Shown piece by piece: positions 45,058-56,585 of a DNA stretch of 64,000 nt. The position numbers and the translations under genes were made by a program. How positions within the stretch are numbered: the stretch's first letter is position 1; every line of letters begins with the position of its first letter. Below the pieces are notes generated by a model that was not told the origin of the DNA, did not search any database, and worked only from the letters and a program-made list of their open reading frames with translations. The stretch lies in IMG/VR virus record IMGVR_UViG_3300020404_000006. The stretch is one strand, 5' to 3'. This DNA comes from a virus.

Positions 45058-45185
45058 GTTTCCTCATGTGTATGAACCTTGCCTTCAATGTGATTGTGTT
45101 CGATCTCTTCGATATGAAGATGCTCTAAAGCGTTTGCGATTCTTTCAAGTGAATCTGCAATTCTTTTGATGTCAATAGGATTCAT
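45051..45185 (-). CDS. 44-aa His-rich peptide (not in ORF track)
   Basis: MNPIDIKRIADSLERIANALEHLHIEEIEHNHIEGKVHTHEETW. Confidence 0.7.
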   Translation of the reverse strand: MNPIDIKRIADSLERIANALEHLHIEEIEHNHIEGKVHTHEETW

Positions 45186-45192
45186 AATTTAG

Positions 45193-45726
45193 TCAAAGCC
45201 AATGCGGTTTTCTGGATGGGTCACGAAGATAATTAGATGCAACCCAAGGCTTGGATGCGATATAACGTTTGTAAGCAGTGAGAGTGTCAATGCTTGTGTC
45301 ATATTTAAACTCATCTGGTCCTGCAAATGCGTAATCTTGAACATAGTTGTAACATGTGATTGCTTCCTTTGAGAAACGATGAAAGATTTTCTTCGCTTCA
45401 AACAAAGTCTTGCGACATCCATGTTCTTTACCGTAACGGTGAGTGTACTCTGTTGACAATGCACACCCATGTTGAATCAACCATGCTGTGTTGACCAGAC
45501 TTCTGCCTGCCCATTGTGTACATGGATGATTGCGGAAAGCACCTTTACTTGTTTTGTATGGAGTGCCATCTTTCTTGTGTAGGAGATCATCACCCCAATC
45601 AAAATACCAATGTGAGAACACAATGGAAAGCATTTGACATGTTTCCAATGGCATCTTGACCACATGTTTGTCAGGTAATACCTGAGCAGACTTGCGTGGA
45701 CAGTGATCAGTGACAAAGATGTTCAT
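45193..45726 (-). CDS. Pyrimidine-dimer DNA glycosylase-like (DenV superfamily) protein
   Basis: MNIF...DKHVVKMPLE.CQML...HPCT.WA, EYT.RYGK.H. Confidence 0.75.
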   Translation of the reverse strand: MNIFVTDHCPRKSAQVLPDKHVVKMPLETCQMLSIVFSHWYFDWGDDLLHKKDGTPYKTSKGAFRNHPCTQWAGRSLVNTAWLIQHGCALSTEYTHRYGKEHGCRKTLFEAKKIFHRFSKEAITCYNYVQDYAFAGPDEFKYDTSIDTLTAYKRYIASKPWVASNYLRDPSRKPHWL

Positions 45727-46187
45727 TCTTCTAACCTCCAGCTCTTCCTCATTGTAACATAAGTTTCGCTTTTGGCAACAATATCTCTTACCTTCTTGAA
45801 TATTCTCGCTGACTCTGCATATTTACTTGTCATATGATCTTCTTCTTGTGGTAATATTTCTTTCGTTCCTTTCTTATACTTTCTACCTGAGTTATGATTT
45901 GCATAACGTCTTGCTCTAGTAAATCCCATCTCTAGGAATTTACGACACATATCCATGCCAATAAAATCCTTACCATCCCTATAATCTAGGTACATGGCAA
46001 AGATTTTATTAGATGATCTTACTGCTTCATCAGGAGTTTTGAATCTCCAATGAGCACATATATCGTTAGTATAAGGGCGTACCAGTAGTACTCCTTGTTC
46101 TCCCCTTCCAATGCGATATAGCTTCCGAGTCTTTGCATTTGAAAAATCAAGACTCTTGTAATCGAGGTCATAATCAAATTCTTTCAT
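45723..46187 (-). CDS. DUF4385-like protein
   Basis: YRIGRGEQGVLLV.PY, WRFKT, MDMCRKFLEMGFTRARRYANH. Confidence 0.8.
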   Translation of the reverse strand: MKEFDYDLDYKSLDFSNAKTRKLYRIGRGEQGVLLVRPYTNDICAHWRFKTPDEAVRSSNKIFAMYLDYRDGKDFIGMDMCRKFLEMGFTRARRYANHNSGRKYKKGTKEILPQEEDHMTSKYAESARIFKKVRDIVAKSETYVTMRKSWRLEE

Positions 46188-46205
46188 AATAAAATAGTAA
46201 GTTAA

Positions 46206-46373
46206 CTAAGCTCTTTTTCTTTTTTGCTTAATTGAAATTACGGATATAATTGCTGCGGTTGCAAAAACAACTGCTGCTGACGCAAGAAGATATGTGGGAT
46301 CAAATACTACGTCGGGTTGTGGTTCCCATGTGCCTGGCAATGTGTAGACACTAGGGTGAGATGCAAAAAACAT
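46206..46373 (-). CDS. 55-aa single-TM peptide (not in ORF track)
   Basis: MFFASHPSVYTLPGTWEPQPDVVFDPTYLLASAAVVFATAAIISVISIKQKRKRA; TAATG overlap with gp45. Confidence 0.65.
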   Translation of the reverse strand: MFFASHPSVYTLPGTWEPQPDVVFDPTYLLASAAVVFATAAIISVISIKQKRKRA

Positions 46374-47048
46374 TAATCCTCCCAAGTTAGATCAGGTTCT
46401 AAAGCTATATAGTAAGTCAGATCGTATTCAGATGAGGTAAACTGTGACAAAAGTTTACGAGAGATCTTAACTTCATATGTGCCAGGCACAATCTTGATGT
46501 TTTCTACCTTGAAATGTAATCCAAAAGTCTTAGTAGTTTCTCCTACAACGATAGAGAAATCATTAGATGTATCGTTCTTACGATCAGAAACAACCATCTT
46601 AATCTCATTACCATCACCCACAACAGAAAGATCTGTTAGATGGTAGACCGCTGCAGCCTTTAGAAGACGATCAAGTTGAGAACTCTTAAGTGTAAACTCA
46701 ACATCAACTGATGGAAGAGTAATTGATTTCTCAGGAGGAGAAACAATCACACTAGGATCAGCAAAGAAATACTTAGACTTCTGTTTGCCTTCTTTAATGT
46801 TGACAAAACTTTGTCCTGTGAAGTTTAGTTCTGGATCTTGGAAAAGACCTAGAGAGTTCAAGAACTGACTAAGATCATAAACACCAAACTCTTGAGGAAT
46901 ATCTTCGTCAATGTTTGCCTCTGCAAGAATGTTCTTCATTACAGAAATAGTTCTCAAGGACTTACCTTGCTTGAACAGGATAGACTGATTGATAGAAGCA
47001 AAGTTCTTCAACAGATTGATAGTTCTATCGGAAAGTTTCATAGGGATC

Positions 47049-47065
<17 letters not shown>
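46373..47065 (-). CDS. gp45: Sliding clamp (T4 gp45)
   Basis: MKLS..TINLLKNFASINQSILF, FGVYDL..FL, Y.IALE. Confidence 0.95.
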
Positions 47066-49543
<2,478 letters not shown>

Positions 49544-49620
49544 TGTTTGTTCTTGTCTATGTATACATTATAATGGAATGAGAGGTGGAATCAACCACCT
49601 CTGTGCCAGTTTGTCAACTG
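49544..49620 (-). promoter_or_regulatory. Early-type promoter cassette, copy 1
   Basis: CAGTTGACAAACTGGCACA box, AGAGGTGG/CCACCTCT stem-loop around TTGATT, 16 nt, TATAAT, then TACATAGACAAGAA. Confidence 0.75.
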
Positions 49621-49622
49621 GT

Positions 49623-51887
49623 CTATGCGATGTAACTCATGAACTGACCTAGAACTTTCTTGTTCATTTTCTTTGCAGAAAGTGACTTCTTGAAAGCAGA
49701 CTTGATCTGTGCTTTAGTTGCATCTTCTTTCACTTCAAAACTAGAATCAGAGTTAAGTGCGGATGAGGACAATCCGAAGTAAGCATGGTATCCACCACCA
49801 TCAGTAATCATGAGAGATTTTGTTTTTCTCCACTGGTTCATGATGGATTGGTGTCTTTCATAATCGAAATCAACGTAACGACGAACGAAACTGTTGCAGT
49901 CACGAGTATCAATAACTCTGATACCAAGGAAATTGACTTCTGGAAAACGACCCTTGAGTTGATTGAGTAGTGCAGCAGTCAAATCGTAGTATGCGTCTGC
50001 ACAATGATAGGTCTTACCGTTTATGTCACGAATGAATACGTTACCATGTGCGGAACGTGTTCCCAAGTATGGTTCTTCACCTGATCTACCTTTGAACTCT
50101 TTATGAAACTTGAGAGGATGTGCTTCACCATCAGTAAGAGTGATGCACTGAATCTTCTGAACACCTGTTTTCTTTTTGAACTCAGGAATCAGTTGATTCA
50201 AGGAGACAAGTGCTTCGTTCAAAGGAGTTCCAGATAGACCCAAACGATTTGGGCACTGGTAGATAAAATTGCAGTTCCAACGACCACGATTGTCAAGAGA
50301 GTTTGTGAGTCTCCAGATGTTCATCATCTGTTTCTCTAGATCTCCTTTCTTACAATCACTTGTTAGAAACTCAACCATTGCGAATTGTGCTTCGACATAA
50401 AGTTGACCATCTTTCTTTTCGTGATGATCTGGTGGATACTGCCAATTTTCGTAGTTACCAAACCTATCATAATTTCTCTCTCCACGATTCCACTCATTAG
50501 TGAAAGCAAATACTTGGAAAGGAATTTGAACTTTCTTACAGAACCAAATCAAATTGAACAACTGTTTGATTGTATCCAAGAGAACATTACTCATAGATCC
50601 AGACCAATCAAGGACAAAGATGAGTCCATGATTTTTACCATCAGGTAGAGTAGTGATCTTTTTGAATAGATCTTCGTTGTACTTGTATGAGTGAAGCTTT
50701 GTGCAATCAAGAACACCTGTCTTTGATACTGTAGCACGAGAGTATGCGTCAGCAGACTTGCGGCACTCAAACTCTTTTACAAGATAGTTGACTTCTTTCT
50801 GTGCAGAACGACGGAAGAGTCTGTACTCATTGTCAACACTTCCATAAAGATCCATAGGAAGACGATAGTTGTCTGCTTGTTGAATCTCCTGATCATAATG
50901 TTGTTGTTGCTTGATCCATTCCTCATTGAGGTATTGATGAACCTCTGCATTTTTGGCAGTAATAGTTCCAAGATTTAGTGTTGGAATGGTGCAGTATTCT
51001 GTATCGTAAATACTTGAAGTTTGTTTCTCATTATTCAAGTTTACCAAGTTATCTGAGAGAGTCTTGTCAGTGATAGTATCAAAATCACAATGCTCTCCTC
51101 CGATAGGATTGTAATCTGGTTCGTTCTCATACTCAGTAGTATCTTCTCCCAAGTCAGGACGGCCATCTTCAACATCACCATCAGATCCATCGAAAGGAAT
51201 GGGATCACCTTCTCCTTCTCCTTCTTGATCACTCTTTTCTGAATCAATAAGATCTTCTAGAGTTAGATCTCCACCGCCTTGACCCATATCAAGACTATCC
51301 AATGAAACATTTACTTTGACTGGTTCATCAAATGTAGACTTCATGTACTCATAAAGTTCTTGAGCAAGTTTCAGAACCTCATCAAAAGTATTAGTCTCAA
51401 GTGCAGCTTCACGGAAATATACTTCATCTTCATCCATAGGAACGTCAACAAACTTTCCAATCTTGTGATGGATATTGAGACGGTCAGGAAGATTCATATC
51501 TTCTACGTCATTCTGATCCAACTCAAAGAAATCTTGATCCGCTAGTTCTTTGTATCCCATGTAAAATGTCTTGACGATACCAGCGTACTTACGCTTCATC
51601 AACTTCTCAATACGAACATCCTCAAGGATGTTGACGAATGACATAGGAAGATCAGGATACTTGATCTTGAAATTCTCGTTAGGTGTGTAGAGTGCGTGTC
51701 CAACCTCATGACCCACCAGAAGGTCGTATACGGTCGCAGAGGCCTTCTCCCACATTGGAAGGGTCAATACTCTACGATCTACATCAAAGGATGCTGTAGG
51801 GACTTTCTTGTTCTCGATGATCAAATCTTCGGTCGCAAGTAGTTTAGCGAGTTGACCTTTGACTTCGTAATTAACCTTTGTAAGCAT
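49623..51887 (-). CDS. CobT-like protein: HExxH metallopeptidase-like domain + vWA domain
   Basis: HEVGH, N.LED.RIE; acidic linker; MIDAS LDWSGSM, GTPL, LTDGE. Confidence 0.85.
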   Translation of the reverse strand: MLTKVNYEVKGQLAKLLATEDLIIENKKVPTASFDVDRRVLTLPMWEKASATVYDLLVGHEVGHALYTPNENFKIKYPDLPMSFVNILEDVRIEKLMKRKYAGIVKTFYMGYKELADQDFFELDQNDVEDMNLPDRLNIHHKIGKFVDVPMDEDEVYFREAALETNTFDEVLKLAQELYEYMKSTFDEPVKVNVSLDSLDMGQGGGDLTLEDLIDSEKSDQEGEGEGDPIPFDGSDGDVEDGRPDLGEDTTEYENEPDYNPIGGEHCDFDTITDKTLSDNLVNLNNEKQTSSIYDTEYCTIPTLNLGTITAKNAEVHQYLNEEWIKQQQHYDQEIQQADNYRLPMDLYGSVDNEYRLFRRSAQKEVNYLVKEFECRKSADAYSRATVSKTGVLDCTKLHSYKYNEDLFKKITTLPDGKNHGLIFVLDWSGSMSNVLLDTIKQLFNLIWFCKKVQIPFQVFAFTNEWNRGERNYDRFGNYENWQYPPDHHEKKDGQLYVEAQFAMVEFLTSDCKKGDLEKQMMNIWRLTNSLDNRGRWNCNFIYQCPNRLGLSGTPLNEALVSLNQLIPEFKKKTGVQKIQCITLTDGEAHPLKFHKEFKGRSGEEPYLGTRSAHGNVFIRDINGKTYHCADAYYDLTAALLNQLKGRFPEVNFLGIRVIDTRDCNSFVRRYVDFDYERHQSIMNQWRKTKSLMITDGGGYHAYFGLSSSALNSDSSFEVKEDATKAQIKSAFKKSLSAKKMNKKVLGQFMSYIA

Positions 51888-51963
51888 TTGTTTTCTTGTC
51901 TATGTACACATGATAATCGACCCTGTGCCAATTTCAACCAACCATGTGCCAGTTTGTCAACTG
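51888..51963 (-). promoter_or_regulatory. Early-type promoter cassette, copy 2
   Basis: Identical 19-nt CAGTTGACAAACTGGCACA (51945-51963), TTGAAA-16-TATCAT, TACATAGACAAGAA. Confidence 0.75.
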
Positions 51964-51964
51964 T

Positions 51965-52207
51965 CTACCCTGACCATCTCAACGCAGTATCTAAAGCTTT
52001 CTTTGCAGTATTTTGTAATTTTATAACTTTACTCTCATATGTAATCGTAAATCCCAGCAGATCTCCTTCGGGATCATTTGGCATACCTACAGGTTGCACA
52101 AAAAATATTCCAGCATGTGCCACCGTTCTCCATTCCATGTCAATAAAACCTAAGTCCCTCAAGGCACATTCTAGTTTCAGTGAATGGCATCCATCTAATA
52201 GTATCAT
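51965..52207 (-). CDS. Conserved cyanophage hypothetical protein
   Basis: 80-aa ORF. Confidence 0.7.
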   Translation of the reverse strand: MILLDGCHSLKLECALRDLGFIDMEWRTVAHAGIFFVQPVGMPNDPEGDLLGFTITYESKVIKLQNTAKKALDTALRWSG

Positions 52208-52228
52208 ACGGTTACAAGACCTATGCTA

Positions 52229-53953
52229 CTATGTAGAATACCTCACTTTTGAGAATCCATTCATCTTTTCAAAGGTAATCATATTGTCCAATCTATCTGT
52301 CAACTCATCAACCTTATGAGAGATCATAAAGATGTAAGCATCCTTGATGACATATCTGATAATCTTCACAAATTCATCTGTACCATTACTGTCCAGAGAA
52401 CTGTCAAATATTTCGTCAAGAATGAGTATGTTTGTGGACGATGAGTTCTTCATCTTTGCAATATCACGCCATGTAAACAAGATAGCAAGGTCAATTCGCA
52501 TCTTCTCTCCCTCAGAGAAAGATTCGTAACTGAATTTCTCATGAATAGGCGACTTAATACACTCATTGAACTGTTCATCCAATGTAAAATTGATATAGAA
52601 GTCCATCATCTGAAGATACTTATTGATCTTCTGATTCATGATAGGCAAATACCTCTTCATAATCTTTGCCTTGACACCAGAGTCTTTCATCATGGCGTTT
52701 GCAAAGTCTAAGTATTCAATTTCTTCGGTATGATCTGCTTTATTTGTTTCTACTAGTGTTAAATCATTTTTGAGGCCTCTAAGCGTGGCTCTTTCAGTAT
52801 TTCTATTTGCAATTTGTTCGGTAATGTCTTGAACTTCTTGTTCATAAGTGCGGATTTGTCGTTGGTACTCAGAAATTTTAAAATTGTTGGTAGAAATGTC
52901 ATGCGTTAGTGTTGAGATCTGCTTAGAAACATCTATAAACCTGGCCTCTTTCTTTTGTTCTTCGTTTATAGACTTTTGAAGTTCTTTGTAAGCGGAGTTA
53001 ATCTCCTTTACCTTCCCTTCGATATCTCCAATCTTATTTAAGCGAAAGTCTTCCTCTATTTTCTGCTCACAGGTAGGGCATGATACGTTTTCCTTGAAGA
53101 ACTGGTGTTCTTTAGTAATAATCTTTATCTTTTGTTCAAGTTTACCCTTGACATTATTGTATTTCTTAAGAGAAGATGAAGCAGATGTCAGAGTATCTAA
53201 TTCTGGTTCATACTTTTCTTTAATGTTCTTAGATGTCTGGTCATTTTCATACATCAAGGATGAAGTATCCTTTAAAAGTGTGTCAATTTTACCTTGAATG
53301 TCTTTTATTTTCTTCTTGCCTGTCTTATCGAGGTCAGAAATGAAACTTTTTTGCATTTCAATCTTTTCCTCAATCAATTCTTTCTTGATTGTGAGTTCTC
53401 GGATCTCCGTATTCGCTTTACTCATCTTCTCACGGAGAATTTTTGACATTCCAGAGAAAATTTTGATGTCCAGAACGTCCTCTACGATCTCTCTACGGTG
53501 AGTTTGACTCAACTGCATGAAAGGAACGAACGTTGCAGCACCTAAAATGGTAGTTTGAGTAAAAGATTTGTAGTTTAGTCTTAAAATATTATCTTCTAAG
53601 TGTTGTTGCTGATCATTTGAACTAGCAAATTGATCTTGTTTCTTACCATCAATATAAATTTCAAACAAAGTCGGCTTCATACCTCTAACAATGGTATAAA
53701 TTTTACCTTGAATCTCAAATTCTATATTAACTTCGCACTCTTTATCATTCACAGTGTTGACTAACTGTGATTTTTTAATCTTTCTGAATGGTTTGTTGTA
53801 CAAAACAAAAGTCAGAGCGTCCAATATCGTGGACTTCCCTGCACCATTAGCACCAACTATCAAATTTGTAGGAGACTTTTGGAAACTAACAATTATAAAC
53901 TGGTTACCAGTAGATAAAAAGTTACGCCACCGTATCGTCTTGAATGTTATCAT
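52229..53953 (-). CDS. gp46: SbcC/Rad50-like recombination ATPase (T4 gp46)
   Basis: GANGAGKS, CPTC hook, FSEGEKMRID, LDEIFD, ISH. Confidence 0.96.
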   Translation of the reverse strand: MITFKTIRWRNFLSTGNQFIIVSFQKSPTNLIVGANGAGKSTILDALTFVLYNKPFRKIKKSQLVNTVNDKECEVNIEFEIQGKIYTIVRGMKPTLFEIYIDGKKQDQFASSNDQQQHLEDNILRLNYKSFTQTTILGAATFVPFMQLSQTHRREIVEDVLDIKIFSGMSKILREKMSKANTEIRELTIKKELIEEKIEMQKSFISDLDKTGKKKIKDIQGKIDTLLKDTSSLMYENDQTSKNIKEKYEPELDTLTSASSSLKKYNNVKGKLEQKIKIITKEHQFFKENVSCPTCEQKIEEDFRLNKIGDIEGKVKEINSAYKELQKSINEEQKKEARFIDVSKQISTLTHDISTNNFKISEYQRQIRTYEQEVQDITEQIANRNTERATLRGLKNDLTLVETNKADHTEEIEYLDFANAMMKDSGVKAKIMKRYLPIMNQKINKYLQMMDFYINFTLDEQFNECIKSPIHEKFSYESFSEGEKMRIDLAILFTWRDIAKMKNSSSTNILILDEIFDSSLDSNGTDEFVKIIRYVIKDAYIFMISHKVDELTDRLDNMITFEKMNGFSKVRYST

Positions 53954-54209
53954 AATCTTTTGGCGGAATCACAATGTCATCGGGTGTGATAATAACGTAT
54001 TTGTATTTGTGTTTTTTACAGGTTTCGACAGCTAGCATATCATCTATTTCTACAACTGTCAACACAGTGGATTCATCCGCTTCTAGAAGCCCTGCATATC
54101 TAGTAGCATCATCTTCTTGCTGAAAAAGATAGAGAGCCTTCTGACCGTCATCATTAGTAACGGCATATGCCCCTTCTCCTTCGTGACCAGCAAGTGATAA
54201 GATGTACAT
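53922..54209 (-). CDS. Conserved hypothetical protein between gp47 and gp46
   Basis: Likely start MYILS at 54209. Confidence 0.75.
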   Translation of the reverse strand: MYILSLAGHEGEGAYAVTNDDGQKALYLFQQEDDATRYAGLLEADESTVLTVVEIDDMLAVETCKKHKYKYVIITPDDIVIPPKDYDNIQDDTVA

Positions 54210-55252
54210 TAATCTGCTTCGCAAGCTTCTAAGTAGACTTCCTTGAGAAGTTTTTTGACTCTCTCTTTTTCCAATTCAAAGTCAGAGTCCTCGATGTACT
54301 TATTTAGAAGTGTGAGGGTATCCTCAATCTTTTCTCCATCAAGATCTACTTCCTTGTCATTGATCTCGGTATTTTCCACTACCTTCAAATCTATTATACC
54401 AGCTTTCAGAAGTTTTTCAAGGAACTTGTCATATTCTAACTGACTCTTTCTGGATCTAACAAATAATTTTACAATCTTATCTTTGTATAGATGTGCTTTG
54501 AATGTTGCAGCAGGGGTAGAATCGAAGTAGATCTTCTCATATATTGTATATGGATTCTGTACAAACTCAATCTCTCCTGTTTCAGTATCTAAGATATTGA
54601 ATCCTCTCTTGTCTCCACAATCATTCCAATACATTTCATAAGGATTGCCTAAGTAAAATACCTGACCATCGTTACTTCTAGTATGATAGTGTCCTGAGAA
54701 TACAGTATCAAACTTTGCAATAATCTCTTTGTCAATACCACCTTGCTGAGTCATGCCTGGATAGAGTTCAAACCCATGCAACTCTAAATGTCCAAAAGCA
54801 ATCTTAGCATCAGTCTTTTCAATCTCTGCACAAGTCTCTTTATAATTATCTTCACATATCCACGGTAACATCATTGCCTTAAATCCATTGATGTCATATG
54901 TGCCTGGCGTAGAGATAGGAATTAAGTTATCGTAGTGTTCCAGTAAGGAATCAATCGAGTTAATCTCATTCGTATTCTTGTAGTAGATGTCATGGTTTCC
55001 TACAAGTTGCCAAACTTTCACGCCCAGATTTTTGAACTTATCATACACATTCTCCCTCGCCCAATTAAGAGACCAGTAATCAATATTCTTACGATTGTCA
55101 AAAGCATCTCCCATGTGGATGCAATACTCGATTCCCCTTTTCTCTAACTCAGGGAAAAAGATATCATCATAGAATTTTTTAAAGAAATCGTGAAATGTTT
55201 TGCTACCTCGTCTACCACCAAAGTGAGTGTCCGTAATGATTGCTATCTTCAT
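54209..55252 (-). CDS. gp47: SbcD/Mre11-like nuclease (T4 gp47)
   Basis: DTHFG, GDAFD, GNHD, GHLE, SGHYH. Confidence 0.96.
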   Translation of the reverse strand: MKIAIITDTHFGGRRGSKTFHDFFKKFYDDIFFPELEKRGIEYCIHMGDAFDNRKNIDYWSLNWARENVYDKFKNLGVKVWQLVGNHDIYYKNTNEINSIDSLLEHYDNLIPISTPGTYDINGFKAMMLPWICEDNYKETCAEIEKTDAKIAFGHLELHGFELYPGMTQQGGIDKEIIAKFDTVFSGHYHTRSNDGQVFYLGNPYEMYWNDCGDKRGFNILDTETGEIEFVQNPYTIYEKIYFDSTPAATFKAHLYKDKIVKLFVRSRKSQLEYDKFLEKLLKAGIIDLKVVENTEINDKEVDLDGEKIEDTLTLLNKYIEDSDFELEKERVKKLLKEVYLEACEAD

Positions 55253-55443
55253 TTACCTTTTACATTCTGGATTGATGTGCTACTCCTAGTGACGTTCTTG
55301 ATCACAATAAATTTATCACCAGCAAATGTCCCTGCCAGATTAACTTCGATCTCATCACCGTCTTGCCAATTCAAATCACCATTCTTTTTCGTATGGTTCA
55401 TTGCTTCTTGGATCTGATCGATCACTTCATTCGTTAATTTCAT
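55249..55443 (-). CDS. Small hypothetical protein
   Basis: ORF 55249..55455, likely start MKLTNEV at 55443. Confidence 0.7.
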   Translation of the reverse strand: MKLTNEVIDQIQEAMNHTKKNGDLNWQDGDEIEVNLAGTFAGDKFIVIKNVTRSSTSIQNVKGK

Positions 55444-55597
55444 ACTCAATTTCAATAACTTTGGATGACCTACCAGTAGAGTTTGCTCTGGTTAGTCTTG
55501 TCATAGTGCCACCTAATGACCTAGCAATGTAATCTAATTCTTCTAAACATTTCTTTTCCAGATCCTCATAGGGATCATAATACCTATCAACCCTCAT
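55427..55597 (-). CDS. 56-aa hypothetical protein (not in ORF track)
   Basis: MRVDRYYDPYEDLEKKCLEELDYIARSLGGTMTRLTRANSTGRSSKVIEIEYEINE; ATGA overlap with gp55 stop. Confidence 0.7.
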   Translation of the reverse strand: MRVDRYYDPYEDLEKKCLEELDYIARSLGGTMTRLTRANSTGRSSKVIEIEYEINE

Positions 55598-56076
55598 TGA
55601 TTCATCTTCGTTTGTACTGCCTCTTTTATAGAGTTGTAGTCACTAGAATTACCGTAAGTATCATCAACGTGCATAACCTCATCAAACCCCGACTTCTCAA
55701 TGATCTTTTCACGGATCTCCATTTGCTTCTTCTCTTTCTGGATCCGACGTAGAAAAGCGTAATGTATAATTTGAGTAAAGTATGCAAAAGGGTTTGTGGA
55801 CTTCTCTGGATTGAAGTTATGAATGTATTGGACGCAGTTTTCAATGCCATCAGATATCATGTCCTCTCTGAACATATAGTTCACAAAGTTTGGTTTGTAT
55901 GATAGGTGGGTTGCAATTTTTACGAAACATTCTCCAAGATAGTTTGTGATTCTAGGTTTTGGATCACCCGCTTCCTCCGCCGCTTTTACGTCTGCTTTGT
56001 ATTGAACGATCGCATACAGGAATTCTTTGTTGTTTACATAGTGTTCGGATCGTTTTCTAGTACCTTTTGCGGGCAT
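55594..56076 (-). CDS. gp55: Late-transcription sigma factor (T4 gp55)
   Basis: HYVNNKEFL, NF.NY.FREDMISDG, NPFAYFTQI..AFLRRI.KEK. Confidence 0.95.
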   Translation of the reverse strand: MPAKGTRKRSEHYVNNKEFLYAIVQYKADVKAAEEAGDPKPRITNYLGECFVKIATHLSYKPNFVNYMFREDMISDGIENCVQYIHNFNPEKSTNPFAYFTQIIHYAFLRRIQKEKKQMEIREKIIEKSGFDEVMHVDDTYGNSSDYNSIKEAVQTKMNQ

Positions 56077-56101
56077 CTATATTACCTCTTGTGTTAGTTT
56101 T

Positions 56102-56130
56102 ATTATACCTCAAAACGAGATACTTGACAA
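56102..56130 (-). promoter_or_regulatory. sigma70 promoter of gp55 (TTGTCA-17-TATAAT)
   Basis: -35 at 56130-56125, -10 at 56107-56102; SD GAGG downstream. Confidence 0.8.
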
Positions 56131-56152
56131 GTCATATAAAAAGATGTACAAT
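56124..56152 (+). promoter_or_regulatory. Antisense-oriented sigma70 promoter (TTGACA-17-TACAAT)
   Basis: TTGACA 56124-56129, TACAAT 56147-56152; -35 overlaps the gp55 promoter -35. Confidence 0.65.
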
Positions 56153-56177
56153 AACTCTGTCAGAGTTCAAGGGAATG

Positions 56178-56585
56178 CTATGAAGCTTCGCCTTTCTTAT
56201 AAAGCTTCTCAAGACTTTCTCTGGCCTTCTCGACTGAAATTACATATCCCATCTTCTTTGTTACCTTTATCTTCTCTCCAGATCCCCCATTGAGATTAGA
56301 GAAAATAAATTTTTGATAATATTTTACTACTTCTGAGTCCTCGCGTGCCTCAACAACAGTGATGACTCTATCCATAGGAATGATAATGATATTGTCCGTA
56401 GGCATACTTCTTAACCACGGCATCATTCTTAGACCTTCATGAGAACCATTCATACTCACCGTCTCGATTTCTACAGGATCACTGATAATCAAAACCGTGC
56501 GACCATTTTCATCTGACGGCATGACTTCACCGAAGATTTCCTCTCCTGATACTAATTTGATTGAAGCGTAGAAATCTTCTTCCAT
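56178..56585 (-). CDS. Conserved protein, Sm/LSm-like pattern
   Basis: IKLVSGEEIFGEV...PW...IIIPMDRVITVVE...YY; same pattern as the 39198 and 39424 ORFs. Confidence 0.8.
   Translation of the reverse strand: MEEDFYASIKLVSGEEIFGEVMPSDENGRTVLIISDPVEIETVSMNGSHEGLRMMPWLRSMPTDNIIIIPMDRVITVVEAREDSEVVKYYQKFIFSNLNGGSGEKIKVTKKMGYVISVEKARESLEKLYKKGEAS

Noticed and set aside
56179-56292. 37-codon plus-strand ORF after the antisense promoter
   Set aside because: Antisense to a conserved gene with no recognisable features; treated as non-coding pending Ribo-seq
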